From: Sminthopsis crassicaudata
Lineage: Eukaryota
Direction: 5' to 3'
DNA length: 64,000 bases
Assembly: GCF_048593235.1 (NCBI RefSeq)
Contig: NC_133618.1
Coordinates: 243,003,882 to 243,067,881 of the forward strand
This document shows positions 48,413 to 61,319 of this stretch, in pieces (position 1 is the stretch's first letter; each line of letters begins with the position of its first letter). The notes under the pieces are model-generated. The model was not told the DNA's origin. It saw only the letters and a program-made list of their open reading frames with translations, and searched no databases. Position numbers and translations under genes: made by a program.

Positions 48413-48954
48413 ACTTTGTCATATTATCATAACTTTAGTTCCTTCAGTCTGATATATATTATTCATCACCAAATGCAATCCACACACATCACTATCTTAT
48501 TTATGTATTACATTTTAAAATTATATTTTTGTTTTTATATCGAGTTAACTTTCTACTCCTTACTCCTTTAACCATCAAACTAACCCTTTATCCCTAGTCA
48601 CTTAAAAAAACATACATTTGACTAAACAACTGCCATAATTTTTTTCTTTACTATCTTCTTTTTTCCCTGACCCAAGTGTGAATTCTTTTAAGTTCATTAT
48701 CTCCACATTATCTCTTTCCCAGGTAGCAAAGCAATTTTAATTAAGCCACCCTAGAACATACCCAGGATGCATGGCAAAGGTTTTGATCATTGCCAACCTC
48801 TCCCTCTAGCTCTTAGGAAGCTTGGGATCACAAGGTCTCTTTTCTCTTTTTGAGAATGCCCCAATGCCACCTTAAAGGCAAAGAAATTCGGGCAGATAAA
48901 TTCTTTTAGACCCTCAAACGCTACAATTTCTAAAGCTGTTTTCAAAATTTAAAG

Positions 48955-49115
48955 GAAACCATTCCTAATAGATGAAAGTATTCCAGCATGGAATTGATTT
49001 GCTTCCTCGGAAGTAGTGAATTCCTTATCACTGGAGATCTTCAAGCAAAGGTTGGTTGATGAATTATAAGATTTATTGTATAGGGAATTGTTTAGATTTA
49101 GGAGGACCAATTCCA
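48955..49115 (+). mobile_element. CR1/L3 3' end
   Basis: gaagtagtgaattccttatcactggagatcttcaagcaaaggttgg. Confidence 0.8.
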
Positions 49116-49324
49116 AGATTCAGGAAGTCTAAAGTCTTTGGCTCTTCATTTCTTTCACTGCATTTGCATTGCATTGTTAATGAGCCTTCTATATATTCTA
49201 CTAAGTAGAGAGCTGAAATGGTTTTGTTTGTTTGTTTTTCTTCTATGGAGGGAACTAAGATGGTTTAGTCTACCAGGCATTTGTAGTCAGGAGAACTGAA
49301 TTTGAATTCTGGCTAAAAGGGTTA

Positions 49325-49925
49325 TTACTCTCTTTTTGTAATGGCAAAGGACTGGAAACTAAGTGGATACCCATCAGTTGGGGAATGGCTAAATAAGTTA
49401 TGGTATCTGAGTGTTATGGAATTCATTATTGTTCTATAAGAAATGACCAACAGGATGATTTCAGAGAGGTCTGGAAAGATTTATAGGAACCGATTTCTAA
49501 GTAAAGTGAGTAGAACCAGAACATCGTATACTGCAATAACAAGATTATGTGATGTTGAATTGGGATGGAATTGGCTCTTTTCAACATGAGGTGATTCAAA
49601 GTAATTCCAGTAGACTATCAAAAATGCCATCCACATCCAGAGAGAGAACTATGAAAAATGAATGTGGATTGAAGCACAATATTTTCATTGTTTTTGTTTT
49701 TGTTTTTCTTTCTTACATTTTTTCCCCTTTGGATAGGATTTTTCTTTTGCACAGCATGACAAATATGGAAATATCTTTAGAAGAATTATACATGTATAAC
49801 CTATATTATATTGCTTACTATCTTGGGGAGTGGGAAAGGAGGAGAAAAATTTGGCACACAAGGTTTTGGAAATGTGAATATTGAAAACTATTTTTTGCAA
49901 GTATTTGGAAAAATAAAACAATTAA
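49325..49925 (+). mobile_element. L1 3' end (ORF2 C-terminus and 3' UTR)
   Basis: ctctttttgtaatggcaaagggactggaaactaagtggatacccatcagttgggg parallels 28300-28500; A-rich tail. Confidence 0.9.
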
Positions 49926-50109
49926 AAAGCTTATTGCTTGTGTGACCTTGGACAAGTCACTTAATCTCTGTGTTGTGTTTTTCTTTTCTAAAATAAGAAT
50001 TATAACATTTATATCAAGAGGCAGTGTTGCATAGCATTAGACAATCTAATCTGAGTTTAAATCCCAGCTATTACTATATGACAATAGGTCACTTTACCTC
50101 TATCTGCCT

Positions 50110-51290
50110 CAGGCGACTCTCCAGGAGAAAAAGCTGTCTTCTCTCATTGCTTCCACTTCCTCTCCTTTCACTCCTCAACTTTTTTGCAATCTGGCTTCCA
50201 ATCTCATCACTCAACTAAAACCACTTTCTCCATGTGTTGGCAATGATTTCTTCATTGTCACATCTCTCTCCAAGTTACTAGTGATGTCTTCATTGCCAAA
50301 TCGGATGTTCTTTTCTTAATCTTCATCCTTCTTTGTGTACCATTTGCCATTGTTGATCTACTCTCTCTTCCTCATAACGTTTTCCTCTTTGGGATTTCTC
50401 CATTGGTTCCCCACTGATTTTTGTCAGTTCTACTCCAACCTGTCTTACCACTTTTTCTCAATCCCCTTTATTGTATCACTATCTACATCATGTCCATAAT
50501 TGTGGTTATGTCTGCTCCCTTGTCTTGCCCTTTACATTTTCCCTGATTTGTGATCACATCAGCTCTCATGGGTTTAGTGCAGGAGTGGGGATCATTCAGT
50601 TCACGTCTTATGGCTCAAGAAATCATTTGGTCTGACCCTGCCAAAGCTACTGAAGGTGATAATGACTGAAAGTTTGGTATACAACCTCCCACTGCTTGAG
50701 TTCTATTAGTTGGTAATTTTGTATTACCCATGAATGATGTTATAAATATCCAAATGACTCGACAGAAAAAAAAAGATTCCCCACTCCTGGCTTAGCTATT
50801 ATCTCGACACAGATGACTGACTACTGATATCTAGACATACATCTCTAGTCATTCTTCTGATCTCACATATCACCAACAACCTATTGTACATTCTGAATCA
50901 GATATTCTGTAGCATCTCCTACTTGACATGTCTAAAACAGAACTAATTATCTCTCTTCACTCTTCTTCCAAACCTTTTTATTCCTGTTAATTACAGGTAT
51001 CACCATTCTTCCAGTCTCTCAGCAACCTCATAACACTTGATTTCTCACTCTTACTCACTCCATATAGGCATCTCTAGTCATTTCTGCTTCTACAATTTCT
51101 TTTTTGAGTATTTTTTTCAATTCACAGTTATCACTTTAGTTCACGTCCTTGTCATTTCTTATCACTAGCCTCCCAATCAATCTCCCCATTTCAAATTCTC
51201 CACCATTTTCATTCTTCAAATAATTAACAAAATTATTTTCCTAAAATTTATTTCTGGCCAATTTTTCTTCTTCCCAATAAACTCCAGTGA
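50110..51290 (+). mobile_element. decayed L2 RT region
   Basis: ctggcttccaatctcatcactcaactaaaacc...tgccaaatc; acagaactaattatc. Confidence 0.8.
50570..50830 (-). mobile_element. RTE-associated element fragment inside L2
   Basis: Similar to the reverse of the 32050-32250 segment. Confidence 0.45.
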
Positions 51291-51839
51291 AAAGACTAGT
51301 TTGAGTGATGATAGAGTGTATAAAGGGGAGTCTTGTGTAATAAGACTGGAAAAGTAGGTTGGAAACAGATGGTAAAGGACTTTAAATTCCAAATAGAGGT
51401 TACATTTGATCCTAGAGGTAATAAGGAGCTACTAGAATATGTTAATGCTTATGTATGTACAAGTTATCTCTTCCATAGAATGTAGGCACCTTGAAAGTAG
51501 AGCCTTTGCATTTTTCCATTGATATTCCTAGCATCTAAAACAGAATTTAGCACATAGTAGGCACTTAAAATGCAGATTGATTGGACTAATTTAGGAATCA
51601 GGAAGACCTGGGTTGAAGTCCAGCCTGTGATGGTTACTGGTTGTGTGACCCTGAACAAATCATTTACCTTTACTTACCCCAGGCGAGTAAAGTTAGAAGT
51701 TTCAGGAGAGTTTCTGATGTGTGTTAAGGAAGTTTCCTCATCAGAAGTTTCTTCACCAATAGTTCTCAAAATCATGAAGTTTGGGGGCAATGCCTCTGTG
51801 TGTCTTGGGTAGCTCTCAAAGAGAAAAAAAAAACTGAGC

Positions 51840-52082
51840 TCACTTATTGTCTCTATCTCTCTCCCCTTCTTTCACTCACTTCTCCCTTCCTTCTTTCACT
51901 CATTTCTTTGTTATCTTGCTTCCAGTCTTATCACTCAACTGAAACTACCCTCTCTATAGTTACCAAGGATATCTTCATTGCCCCATATCTCTCCAAGTTA
52001 CCAATAATATATTTCTTCATTGCCAAATCTTATGTCTTTTTCTCCATCCTCATCCTTCTTGCAGCATTTGATACTGATCCTC
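51840..52082 (+). mobile_element. L2 fragment paralogous to 50130-50345
   Basis: tcactcaactgaaactacc...cttcattgccaaatc...ctcatccttcttg. Confidence 0.8.
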
Positions 52083-52084
52083 TC

Positions 52085-52236
52085 CTTTCACAGGTTTTTC
52101 AAGGTCAAAGTACTTTTCATAATAAAAATTGTTTCAATGTTTAATATGATAAATATTGATAGATTTTTAAAAATCCCTCAATAATTTTTATTAATGTAAA
52201 GAGATCCTGAGACCCAAAAGTTTGAGAACCACTGGC
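52085..52236. mobile_element. hAT-Charlie-type MITE
   Basis: Ends in gatcctgagacccaaaagtttgagaaccactg. Confidence 0.6.
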
Positions 52237-53284
52237 CTACACCAATCAAATCATAGGTCCAGACCTGACCCAATCTTCCCCTCCCCCATTACTCATATTT
52301 TTCCCTGTAGTCCCCACAGGTTATCTGTATCCCTTCTTTCCAACTTGATTCAAATCAATTTCTCTGCTTTTCACATTACATCTGATGATTTGGTTTAGTT
52401 TCCTTTTTCTTCCTCTTCCTCTTTTTTCATAAAAGTAAATTTATTAATTAATCGAAGGAAGCACCTTTCCATGAAATTCACTAACCCAAGGCCAATGTTT
52501 ATGGTGACATGAGAAAGCTCCTTTTTCTTTCTATTTAGGTCCAAGGATTTCTCAGCTGATATTAGGTACACCCTTTTCCATAAATTTATCTTGCAAAATC
52601 AGTCCTAGATTTCAAAGTTGGAAGGAACCTCGGCAGCCATCCAGTTTAACTGTACCTGAAAGGAATCTTGCCTTGCAGAACTCCAATCAATCTATCAATC
52701 AACCAACAAGCATTTATTAAGTGCCCCAGTCACTGAGCTGGGCACCATAGAAGTACAAATAATGAACAGTACACCCATTTCATTTGTGGGTAGTTCTTTG
52801 TTGTCATTGTTGTTTTTACTGTTAGGTATGAATTCTTGCCCTCCCATCTTTCCTTCTCTCCTTCTGCTTTGCCACCTCCATATCCCTAGTGAAAGGAAGA
52901 AAAAGAAAACTATTTAAACCTGTATAATCAAGGAAACAAATTCTCATGTTAGCCATAACAGACAACTCTAATTGTTAAGAAGATTTTTTTACTGACTTTA
53001 CACTTAAATGTATCTCTGTTTCTAACACCCAGAGCACCTTGTTCTGCCCTTTGTGGCCAAGCAGAGCCAGTCTAGTCCCTTCTTCTATAGCATAGGCCTG
53101 TAAATACTATTAAATTATGTTCTTCCTAAACTCTGTAGTGGGACTACAGTAATTTTCCTTTAGGGACCTTGTAACCCTTTCTGAATAGAAAAAGTTGGGT
53201 TATCATAGAATTTATAGTTAGAGGAATGAGCTTGGTGAAAAGAGAATAAACATTTATATAGCACCTACTGTACTAAATGCTTTT

Positions 53285-53785
53285 TTCCCCTTGTTATTTT
53301 TAAATAATAGCTTTTTACCTTCATAATACATGTAAAGATAGTTTTCAACATTCACCCTTGCAAAACTTTGTGTTCCAAATTTTTCTCCTTCCCTTCCCCA
53401 CATCCCCATCTCCTAGACAGCAAGTAATCCAATATATGTTAAATGTGTAGTTCTTCCATACATATTTCCACATTTATCATACTGCACAAAAAATCAGATC
53501 AAAAAGGAAAAAAATAAGAAAAAAGCAAGCAAAAACAACAAAAAGGTAAAAATACTATATTGTGATCCCTACTCAGGCCCCACAGACTCTCTCCATCACA
53601 AGTCTATTGGTACTGGCCTGAATCACCTCACTGTTGAAAGGAGCTACATCCACCAAAGTTCATCATCACACAATCTTGCTATTGTTGTGTACAATGTTCT
53701 CTTGCTTCCGTTCATGTCTTGCTTTTATGTCAGTCTCTCCAATCCTCTCTGAAATCATATAGAAAAATAATATTCTACAACACTC
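53285..53785 (-). mobile_element. L1 3' end inserted into a MIR
   Basis: Reverse L1 3' UTR. MIR sequence continues on both sides, with a decayed repeat tgtactaaatgctttt / tatgcttagtgctttt at the junctions. Confidence 0.85.
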
Positions 53786-54117
53786 ATGTACCATAATATG
53801 CTTAGTGCTTTTCACAAATATCTCATTTGGTCTTCACAACAACTCTGCTATTATTATTCCCATTTTATAATTGAAGGAACTTAGGCAGAAAAAGGTCATA
53901 TAATTTTTTTAGGGTCACACAGCTAAGGCCAGATGTGAATTCAGTGTCTTTCTGACTTCAGAAACAGTGCTCCATTTATTGGGCCACCTAGCTGCCTTGA
54001 GGGAGATACATACATATATATTATACACACATGCATAATACACATCATAAAGATAAAGCAAATAAATACAAATATAAGAAGTAATTAAATATGAAGATTT
54101 TGATTTGGGGCTAATAG

Positions 54118-54576
54118 TGTTACTGTCAGAAAAACTGAGGCAAGACAGAGATTGGTTTTAAATCTTTAATGTGGAGAATTTAGACTAGTTGACTAGATGG
54201 GACTCATGTCCAAATCATTCGAGCCCTGAGGAACTGAGAAAGGGAACTTATGTAGGGTTTTAGCTAACTAGGGTTTGCAAACAGAATACAATAGGGGAAA
54301 TAAAGGCAGGTAAGGGGGGGTGAGGACACTGGGTAGGTTGACAAGCCATAATTCCAGGAAAGGATCATAACTTAATCCTGACAGGTTAGGGGTTAAGATA
54401 AGAAGGTTGGGGGCAGGAGACAGCCAGGTGAGGAGCAACATTCAGACAGAGGGGGAATTTTCCAAGATAATGCACCTGGAGTTTATGATGAAATGGTATG
54501 TAAAGGTGATTGGGGCTCCAAGGTTTTTCCTGACTCAATTTTCCCAGTCCTAATGGCAAGGAAGGGGGTATGGACA
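54118..54576 (-). mobile_element. solo ERV LTR (459 bp)
   Basis: TG...CA termini, 6-bp flanking repeat TAATAG (54112-54117) / TAATAA (54577-54582), ATTAAA poly(A) signal on the minus strand (tttaat 54165-54170) about 50 nt from the end, CCAAT on the minus strand. A 6-bp TSD would fit class II ERVs. Confidence 0.72.
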
Positions 54577-55194
54577 TAATAATTTATGTGGCCATAATAA
54601 TGAAAAATTATGATGACTTAGTATAATATGGACATTTTGCAAACAAGGAAACTGAGCTTTAGGGAGGTTAAAGCTTGCCCAAGGTCACATAGGTAACATC
54701 AGAGCCAGGATTTGAAGCTGGTTCTTCTGCTATCAATGGCAATTCTCTTTATGCTGTCTTTCATCTCTTTCTGAGTGCCTCTGGATATACCTTGGGCTTT
54801 TCTAGTTGGGCATGTCCCAGCCTGTGGCCCCCTGGAACACAATGCATAATCACTCTAAGCATATTTTCCCTCTGTGGGCTGCTGGCTGGCTGACTCTGAC
54901 AGTGAATAAACAAACCTGTCCCCAGGGACAACCTCCAGCTACTTGGTGTATTTGCCAAAGGAACAGTCAATACAACTCCTCTCCCCTCAAATTAAATAGA
55001 AATGGAGCTACTTAGCTGATGTCAGTTAAACGGTTACATCTCCCTTTGGGGAAGTACTTGCTGGTTTTTTTTTAATTGAAGCTAATGCTGATTGGATTAT
55101 TTCTAATACTCTGATGCATCTCAAGTTTTGAAGTAGCTCCTTCCTAAAACCTAGGTTTGGAGGAGGGTCAGGGTCAGAAGTGTCAGGGTGGGTG

Positions 55195-55365
55195 TAGTTA
55201 GGAGGAGGAAAAAGGAGGGAGAGGTGGAGGAGGAGGAAGAGAGAGAGGGAAATGATGAGGAGAAGGTAGAGAAAGATGACGAGGAAGAGGAAAAAGAAGA
55301 GGAAAGGGATAGGAAGAGAATGATAATATGAAGGAAGATGAAGAAGAGGAAGGTGAAGAAGAAAA
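55195..55365. repeat. GA-rich low-complexity tract (GAG/GAA)
   Basis: Direct reading; a similar purine tract lies at about 38075-38240. Confidence 0.9.
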
Positions 55366-56189
55366 GCCAGTTTCCTTGACTTCTTAAGGGTTTTGACAGT
55401 TTAAGGTACTTATTCTTAAAGTTGGAAAGGGACAGAATTCTAATCCCATTGGTTTTATTTTATTTTTAATTATGGAATAAAACAAGCATTTCCGTTACAC
55501 AGTACAATTTAAAAGACAATTGTACATGAAACCACAAATCTCCCATGTACAACTTATTATTCCTATTTCTTTCTTGCTATTCATTTTTAAATGACTTTAA
55601 AGGTAACTAGCTTTACAAAGTATGGCTAAAGAGGCATCTGGCATTAAAGTCCTATAGAAATGTGAAAAATTCTTCTTATCTTATTCTAATAGTTTTTTTC
55701 CATGAGGTTCAGATAGAAATAATAGAATGACATTCCACTCTTATGTTTAATGTTTGGTGGAGAAAATGAAAACTCTTTATAAATGAATAAAAGTGTTGGA
55801 ATGTCAATTCACCTTCTATACTCTTAACTGAAGGCATCATAGCAACAATTCTGGTAGCAAACAAAATGAATTGTACCTTGTCCTTTTCCCACATTGATTT
55901 GATTTCTTTTGCTATGCCTCTATATTTTGAGAGGTTTTCATTCCATATACTTTGGTAGTTTGAACATTATTATTGTTATTAAAGAAATCATTCTCCTCAT
56001 CTCATGTAATGGAATTCAGCTAGAAATCGTCTAGGGCATAAATCATCATCCCATAGCTAGGTAGTATATAGCTAGTTGGACTTGAAATTAGGAAGATCTG
56101 AGTTTGTCTTACCTACTAGTGTGTGATGTAGGCTCCTGGTCTCAGTTTCCTCATCTGTAAAGTGGGGATAACAATAGTTTCTACTTCAC

Positions 56190-56660
56190 AGGATAGTATG
56201 GGATGTTCAGGGAGGATAGGTGCCTCTGCTGTGAGGACTGCTCATCCACTTTTGCCATCAACCTGCCATCCAACTCTCAAATGAGCTCCAAGAACCTGTA
56301 CCCTGCACAGCAGCTATACCCTCTTAAAACTTTCTCAGGAGATGACAACACCAGGTACAAGGTAACCAAAAAGCTTCAAACCAATTGGTGAGTTGGGGGG
56401 GTTATTTATGCCAAGCATGTGAAGATTTCTCCCTGCATAATGGGTAGATGAGAACATGATGAAGGCAGCTGAACTGGGCTCTGTGGAGTGCTTAGAACTT
56501 ACTCTGACATTAAAGATGTCAAGATCACCCAGTGCATTCCAAGCCATTGCCAGTCATCTTGATTTTTTATCTTTTTACTATATTCTCATGACTCTGGGAA
56601 AAAAGAGTGAGAATAATGACTTGCAACAACTCTACCTCACTTAAATCTAATTTATTCATG
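56190..56660 (+). mobile_element. second copy of the about 550-bp RTE-associated element
   Basis: Same landmarks as 31790-32345. Confidence 0.7.
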
Positions 56661-56769
56661 AGAGTAAAAAATATACATATGTATATATATTTATATAATA
56701 CATGTCTGTATATATATGTATATATGCTAACTAATAATATGCTTAATACTAATGTTCTATAAAACATCC

Positions 56770-57260
56770 TGTTCCTATGCTTTTGATTCCTGCAGCTAGG
56801 TTCTTATATTTTAAGAGCTTTTTATTTCATGTACTTTGGAGATTATGTGTATCAAGCATAATCCCATTTATTAAAATTGTTCTAAATTTTTAGGGATGAA
56901 TGTTATCCCTGGGTGATGGCGGGCAACAGTTGTATCTGTGATAATGGTCTTGTTTTGTTGAAGTCCGTTGAATTTTCAAGGAGTTTGGTATTTGTCATCT
57001 GCTAGTTTATCATTTTCATTATCATAGAAAATTGTACTTCTCATCCTATTTGATGGAGTTGCGATAGAAACAGTCACAGGATGTCAGTATCCTACTCCTC
57101 TTTTTATAGTTGGCTGCACAGAAGGATAAAATAATTGCTTTTGTAGTTGAATAAAAATATTAGGGCATAAGCTCATCTTCTTAGGTTCATTGAAAGCATC
57201 CTTAGTATACTCCTATAGCATTCAAGATGATGGGGATAATTTAATGATGGTCAAACTTTA
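56770..57260 (-). mobile_element. highly decayed non-LTR (RTE-like) RT fragment
   Basis: Minus strand ataaaaagaggagtaggatac resembles IKRGVRQG, with remnants of later RT motifs and many stops. Confidence 0.4.
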
Positions 57261-57894
57261 TAAATAGTTAATTCCTAAATTTCCAAAGAAATGATAAATT
57301 CCAGGAAAATTGAGGAAGAAGGAGTTTTGTGGATTGGAGAAAGTAGAATTTGAGTTAAGCTTTGAAGGATGAGTAATTTTTGGCATAAAGAGATTAGGGG
57401 GAAGGGCATTGCAAGAGAATTACAGTTTCATACAAATACAATGATTTTAATGTAATCATTGACCTATTTAGAATGATGCATTCTTCACAGAGTGGACATT
57501 GTTTGATGGAATACTCAAGAAAGGCTGAATTTTCAATGCAGAACTTAATACAATAGTACTGAATTATTAGGAAATTAATTTCCCAATATATTTTGGTAAC
57601 TTCTGTTCCCATTGTTCTCCTTTAAAACACTTAATTAAAAATAAAATAGGGGAAAAAATCCAGGCATCTAGAATACAGGAAGTTCATTAGAGAGCACTAC
57701 CAAAGGAGAGCCAATTGTTCCTTCATCTCTATTTCCTCATCTGTAAAATAAGGATAATACCTAACTGACCTTCTAGGGCTAAATACTGGAGATACAAATA
57801 AAAATACAAAGTAGGCATTTACTAAATGCTTATTGACTTGAACTATTAATTCAATACAAAGTTGCATCACACTCATCTTGATATAGATGTGTAG

Positions 57895-58095
57895 CAGCTG
57901 AGGGAGATAAGAGTGGAGGCTGGTGATTTCACTAGCATAGGAAGCTCTTTTTGCCAGTGTAGATTGGCACCCTTTCCCCAATTTATGCTTTTAGATAATT
58001 GCCTGAGTCACTAGAAGATTGTGTCACACAGTCAAGATGTGTCAGGACAAGATTTGAATCTGAGGCTTTCTTGACTTTGAAGACAGCACTTTTAT
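57895..58095 (-). mobile_element. MIR3/Mar3-type SINE; related copies at about 13170-13380 and 24220-24370
   Basis: gatttcactagcataggaagctc...ccagtgtagattggcacc...gatttgaatctgagg. Subfamily name uncertain. Confidence 0.6.
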
Positions 58096-58104
58096 CCATT
58101 AAAC

Positions 58105-58290
58105 CAGAGGCATCAGCCTAGATTTTGGCTCATTACGCTTCAAGTGCAGTTCAAACCAGAGATTAAAATGTGATTGTGAAATATTTAACAAAATAAATAA
58201 AAATACAATATCACATTTTAGAACTAAATTAATTTTCTACTCTCAGGGATTAGTGGTCCTCATCTCTGTTTGAGCTGACCACCAGTGCAT
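58105..58290. mobile_element. MITE-like marsupial repeat; a fragment also lies at about 33050-33120
   Basis: caaaccagagattaaaatgtgattgtgaaatatttaacaaaataaataaaaatacaat occurs inverted at 33055-33115. Confidence 0.5.
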
Positions 58291-59345
58291 TAAACACCCC
58301 TGCTTCTCTGGGGAAGCCTAGAGCAAAAAAAGGCAGATTTCCAGAATGAAGGTAAAACTATGACAGAATAAGGAGAGATCTGAACAATGTCAAAGTAATA
58401 ATGGGTGGCTGAAGATGGGGCTCCTAGGATAATGAGGTTTAGAGCTGGAAAACCCATAGAGATCATCTTGAGTAGTCTCTTAATTTAACAAGGAATACCC
58501 TACAATCCAGAAGTGCTCCATGAATTAGGGCATCGGAGGGTGCTGGACTTAGAATATGGAACTCCCTTCATCTCCTACCTCTTAACATTTCTTAGCTATG
58601 GGGCTGCTGGCCAATCATTTAATCCCTTTAAATCTTAGTTTACTTTTGTGTAAAACAGATAAAATAGTGAGTATAATATTTAGCTCATAAGGATGTGGGA
58701 AGGCTCAAGTGAAATAATAAATGGGGATGTGAAACTGACCTCCCCACAACTTCTACCTCTTGGTCCTCCTAGTTCTGAATCAGTCAAAGTAAGTATCTTC
58801 ACTCTTTCCAGTGATAGCCTTCGATGTATCTAAAGGCAATAATCTTATCCATTAGTCTTCTTCTCCAACCCAAGTATTGCCTCACTGTCATGCTAATATT
58901 ACATTACACCCTCTACCTCCCCTTGGCTTGTAGGGGGTAATGGGTAACCTGGGCATGGTGGAAACCTGCCAACAGGAAGAAGGAAATCTTTCAGGTGAAT
59001 TAGAAAAGGGGACTTAGACAAGAAAAAAATTAGTTGACATCTCCATAGCAATTTACAAAGTACCTTATATCCATGATCTCATTTGATCCTCTCATCAACC
59101 CTGTGAGGTAGGCAGGCTAAAGTACAGCTATTATCCCCATTTTATGAGGAAATTGAGACTTGATATCCACAGTTTCATAGTAAATATCAGAGCTAGGGTT
59201 TGAACACAAGTCTTCTGATTTTAGAGCAAATGGACTTTTAGTCATCCCATGCTCTCAAATAAAATAAAGAGATGGAATCTTGGATCAAGTGAGGAAACTC
59301 AGTAGAATTGAGTTCTAGCAAGAGAGAGAAAGAGTCAGACAGCTG

Positions 59346-59561
59346 NNNNNNNNNNNNNNNNNNNNNNNNNNNNNNNNNNNNNNNNNNNNNNNNNNNNNNN
59401 NNNNNNNNNNNNNNNNNNNNNNNNNNNNNNNNNNNNNNNNNNNNNNNNNNNNNNNNNNNNNNNNNNNNNNNNNNNNNNNNNNNNNNNNNNNNNNNNNNNN
59501 NNNNNNNNNNNNNNNNNNNNNNNNNNNNNNNNNNNNNNNNNNNNNNNNNNNNNNNNNNNNN
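59346..59561. other. assembly gap (216 N)
   Basis: Run of N. Confidence 0.99.
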
Positions 59562-60679
59562 TCATAGCCTGGGGACAAGAGAGCAGGGTGAAATTAAATC
59601 TGACATGACATTGTGTAAGCAAATAGTACTGACAGCAAACACCTGCCTGATGGTTGGAACACTGAATTCCTGGGTTGCCTGTTAAAACAATTTCTGAGCT
59701 GAGGTTTTTTTGTCTCCAGGAGACAGGTGAAAGGGGAGATTTTCAGTGAGGGGCATGCACTTGGGTGCTGTAGGGATCAAACTAAGACATGGAGGCCATG
59801 TCAAGTTTCCTGGCTCTGACTTGGGAAAATTAAACACAGAATCCAATTGCAGAGCTGGAAGGGATGTCAATATTATCTAATCCAAATCCTACATAATCTT
59901 TCAAAGCTAGTAAATGTTATAATGTAGTTCATATCTCTGTGTATCAGTAGAGAGAATAAGAATTACTAATATTACCTACTACTCATGAAGATCAAAATGA
60001 GATAATGGATGTAAAATGTCTTGCAAATTACTATAGATTTGTCAACTATTGTTATCTTTCTTCTACAAGTTTTCTTTTCAAATCCAACCTAAAACCTATC
60101 TTTTCTCAATAATATCCGTGGCAATTAGTCTTCTGTCCTTCTTAGCTCACTTTTCTTCATCCCCCAATTATGAATTCTCTCTCCCTCTTGAAATTACTTG
60201 GATTTACTTATTTGTGTACATTCCATTTCCTTCAAGACAGGGACTATTATTGGGTTTTTCTTTTATGTGTTCATTACCTATAATAATGCCTTGTACATAG
60301 TACTTAATAAATATATATAATTGAAATGAAGATCTCTTAAACTCAGAACCCCCAAATGGTCAAATATAGTTATCATACTCTTTCTTCTTTTTTTCAAATC
60401 TGACATCTTTATTTTATAGATAAGAAAACTAAGGCACACAGAAGTCAAATGATTTGTTTACAATCCATAGCTAATAAGGTGGGATGTCAATTGAAGCCTT
60501 CCTGATTCTAAATCCCTGCTTTATGCACCATGGCATGATGATTCAGTTGACTTTTAACTCCGAATGATATAATAATGTGACAACAGTGGGGTAAATTACA
60601 CAACCTTAGGCTATATTAATAAAAATATATTATTAAAAATAAGTGAATAGTACAACTGCATTCTGTACCATGTTTAGGC

Positions 60680-61312
60680 AAGAGCATCACATTTTTTATC
60701 ATTGTTTTATTTTTCTGGTAGTAAATGTATATTCATTAAAAAAACCATTTGCTTATGAATCATGTTGGAAGAGAAAAATCATAACAAAAGTAAAAACCCA
60801 CAAAAAGAAAAACAAACAGAAGGAAAAGAAAAAAAGTAAACATAGTATGTATTGATTCAGTCTCAATAGTTTTTCTCTCTGGATATAGATGGTGTTTTCC
60901 ATTCAAAGTTTATTGGGATTGTCTTGGATCCCTGAATCACTGAGAAGAGCCAAGTCTTTCATCATCCCACAGTCTTGCTGTTACCGTGTACAATGTATTC
61001 CTGGTTCTGCTAGTTTTGCTCAGCGTCAGTTCTGTAGTTCTTTCCAGGCCTTTCTAAAATCAGCTTATTCATCATTTTTTATAGAACAATAATATTCCAT
61101 TACTTCATATATCATAACTTATTTGGCCATTCCCCAATTGATGGGCATCTACTCATTTTCCAATTCTTTGCCATAACAAAAAGAGCTACTACATTTTTGC
61201 ACATGTGGTTTCTTTTTCCTTATTTAGGATTTACTTGGGATAAAGACCCAGTAATGGCACTGCGGGTTAAAGGGTATGCACAGTTTTATAGCCTTATGGG
61301 CAAGTTCCAAAT
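60680..61312 (-). mobile_element. L1 3' end
   Basis: atagaacaataatattccattac...cattccccaattgatgggcatctac...aaagggtatgcacag is the reverse of the L1 ORF2 C-terminus. Confidence 0.92.
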
Positions 61313-61319
61313 TTGAGCA

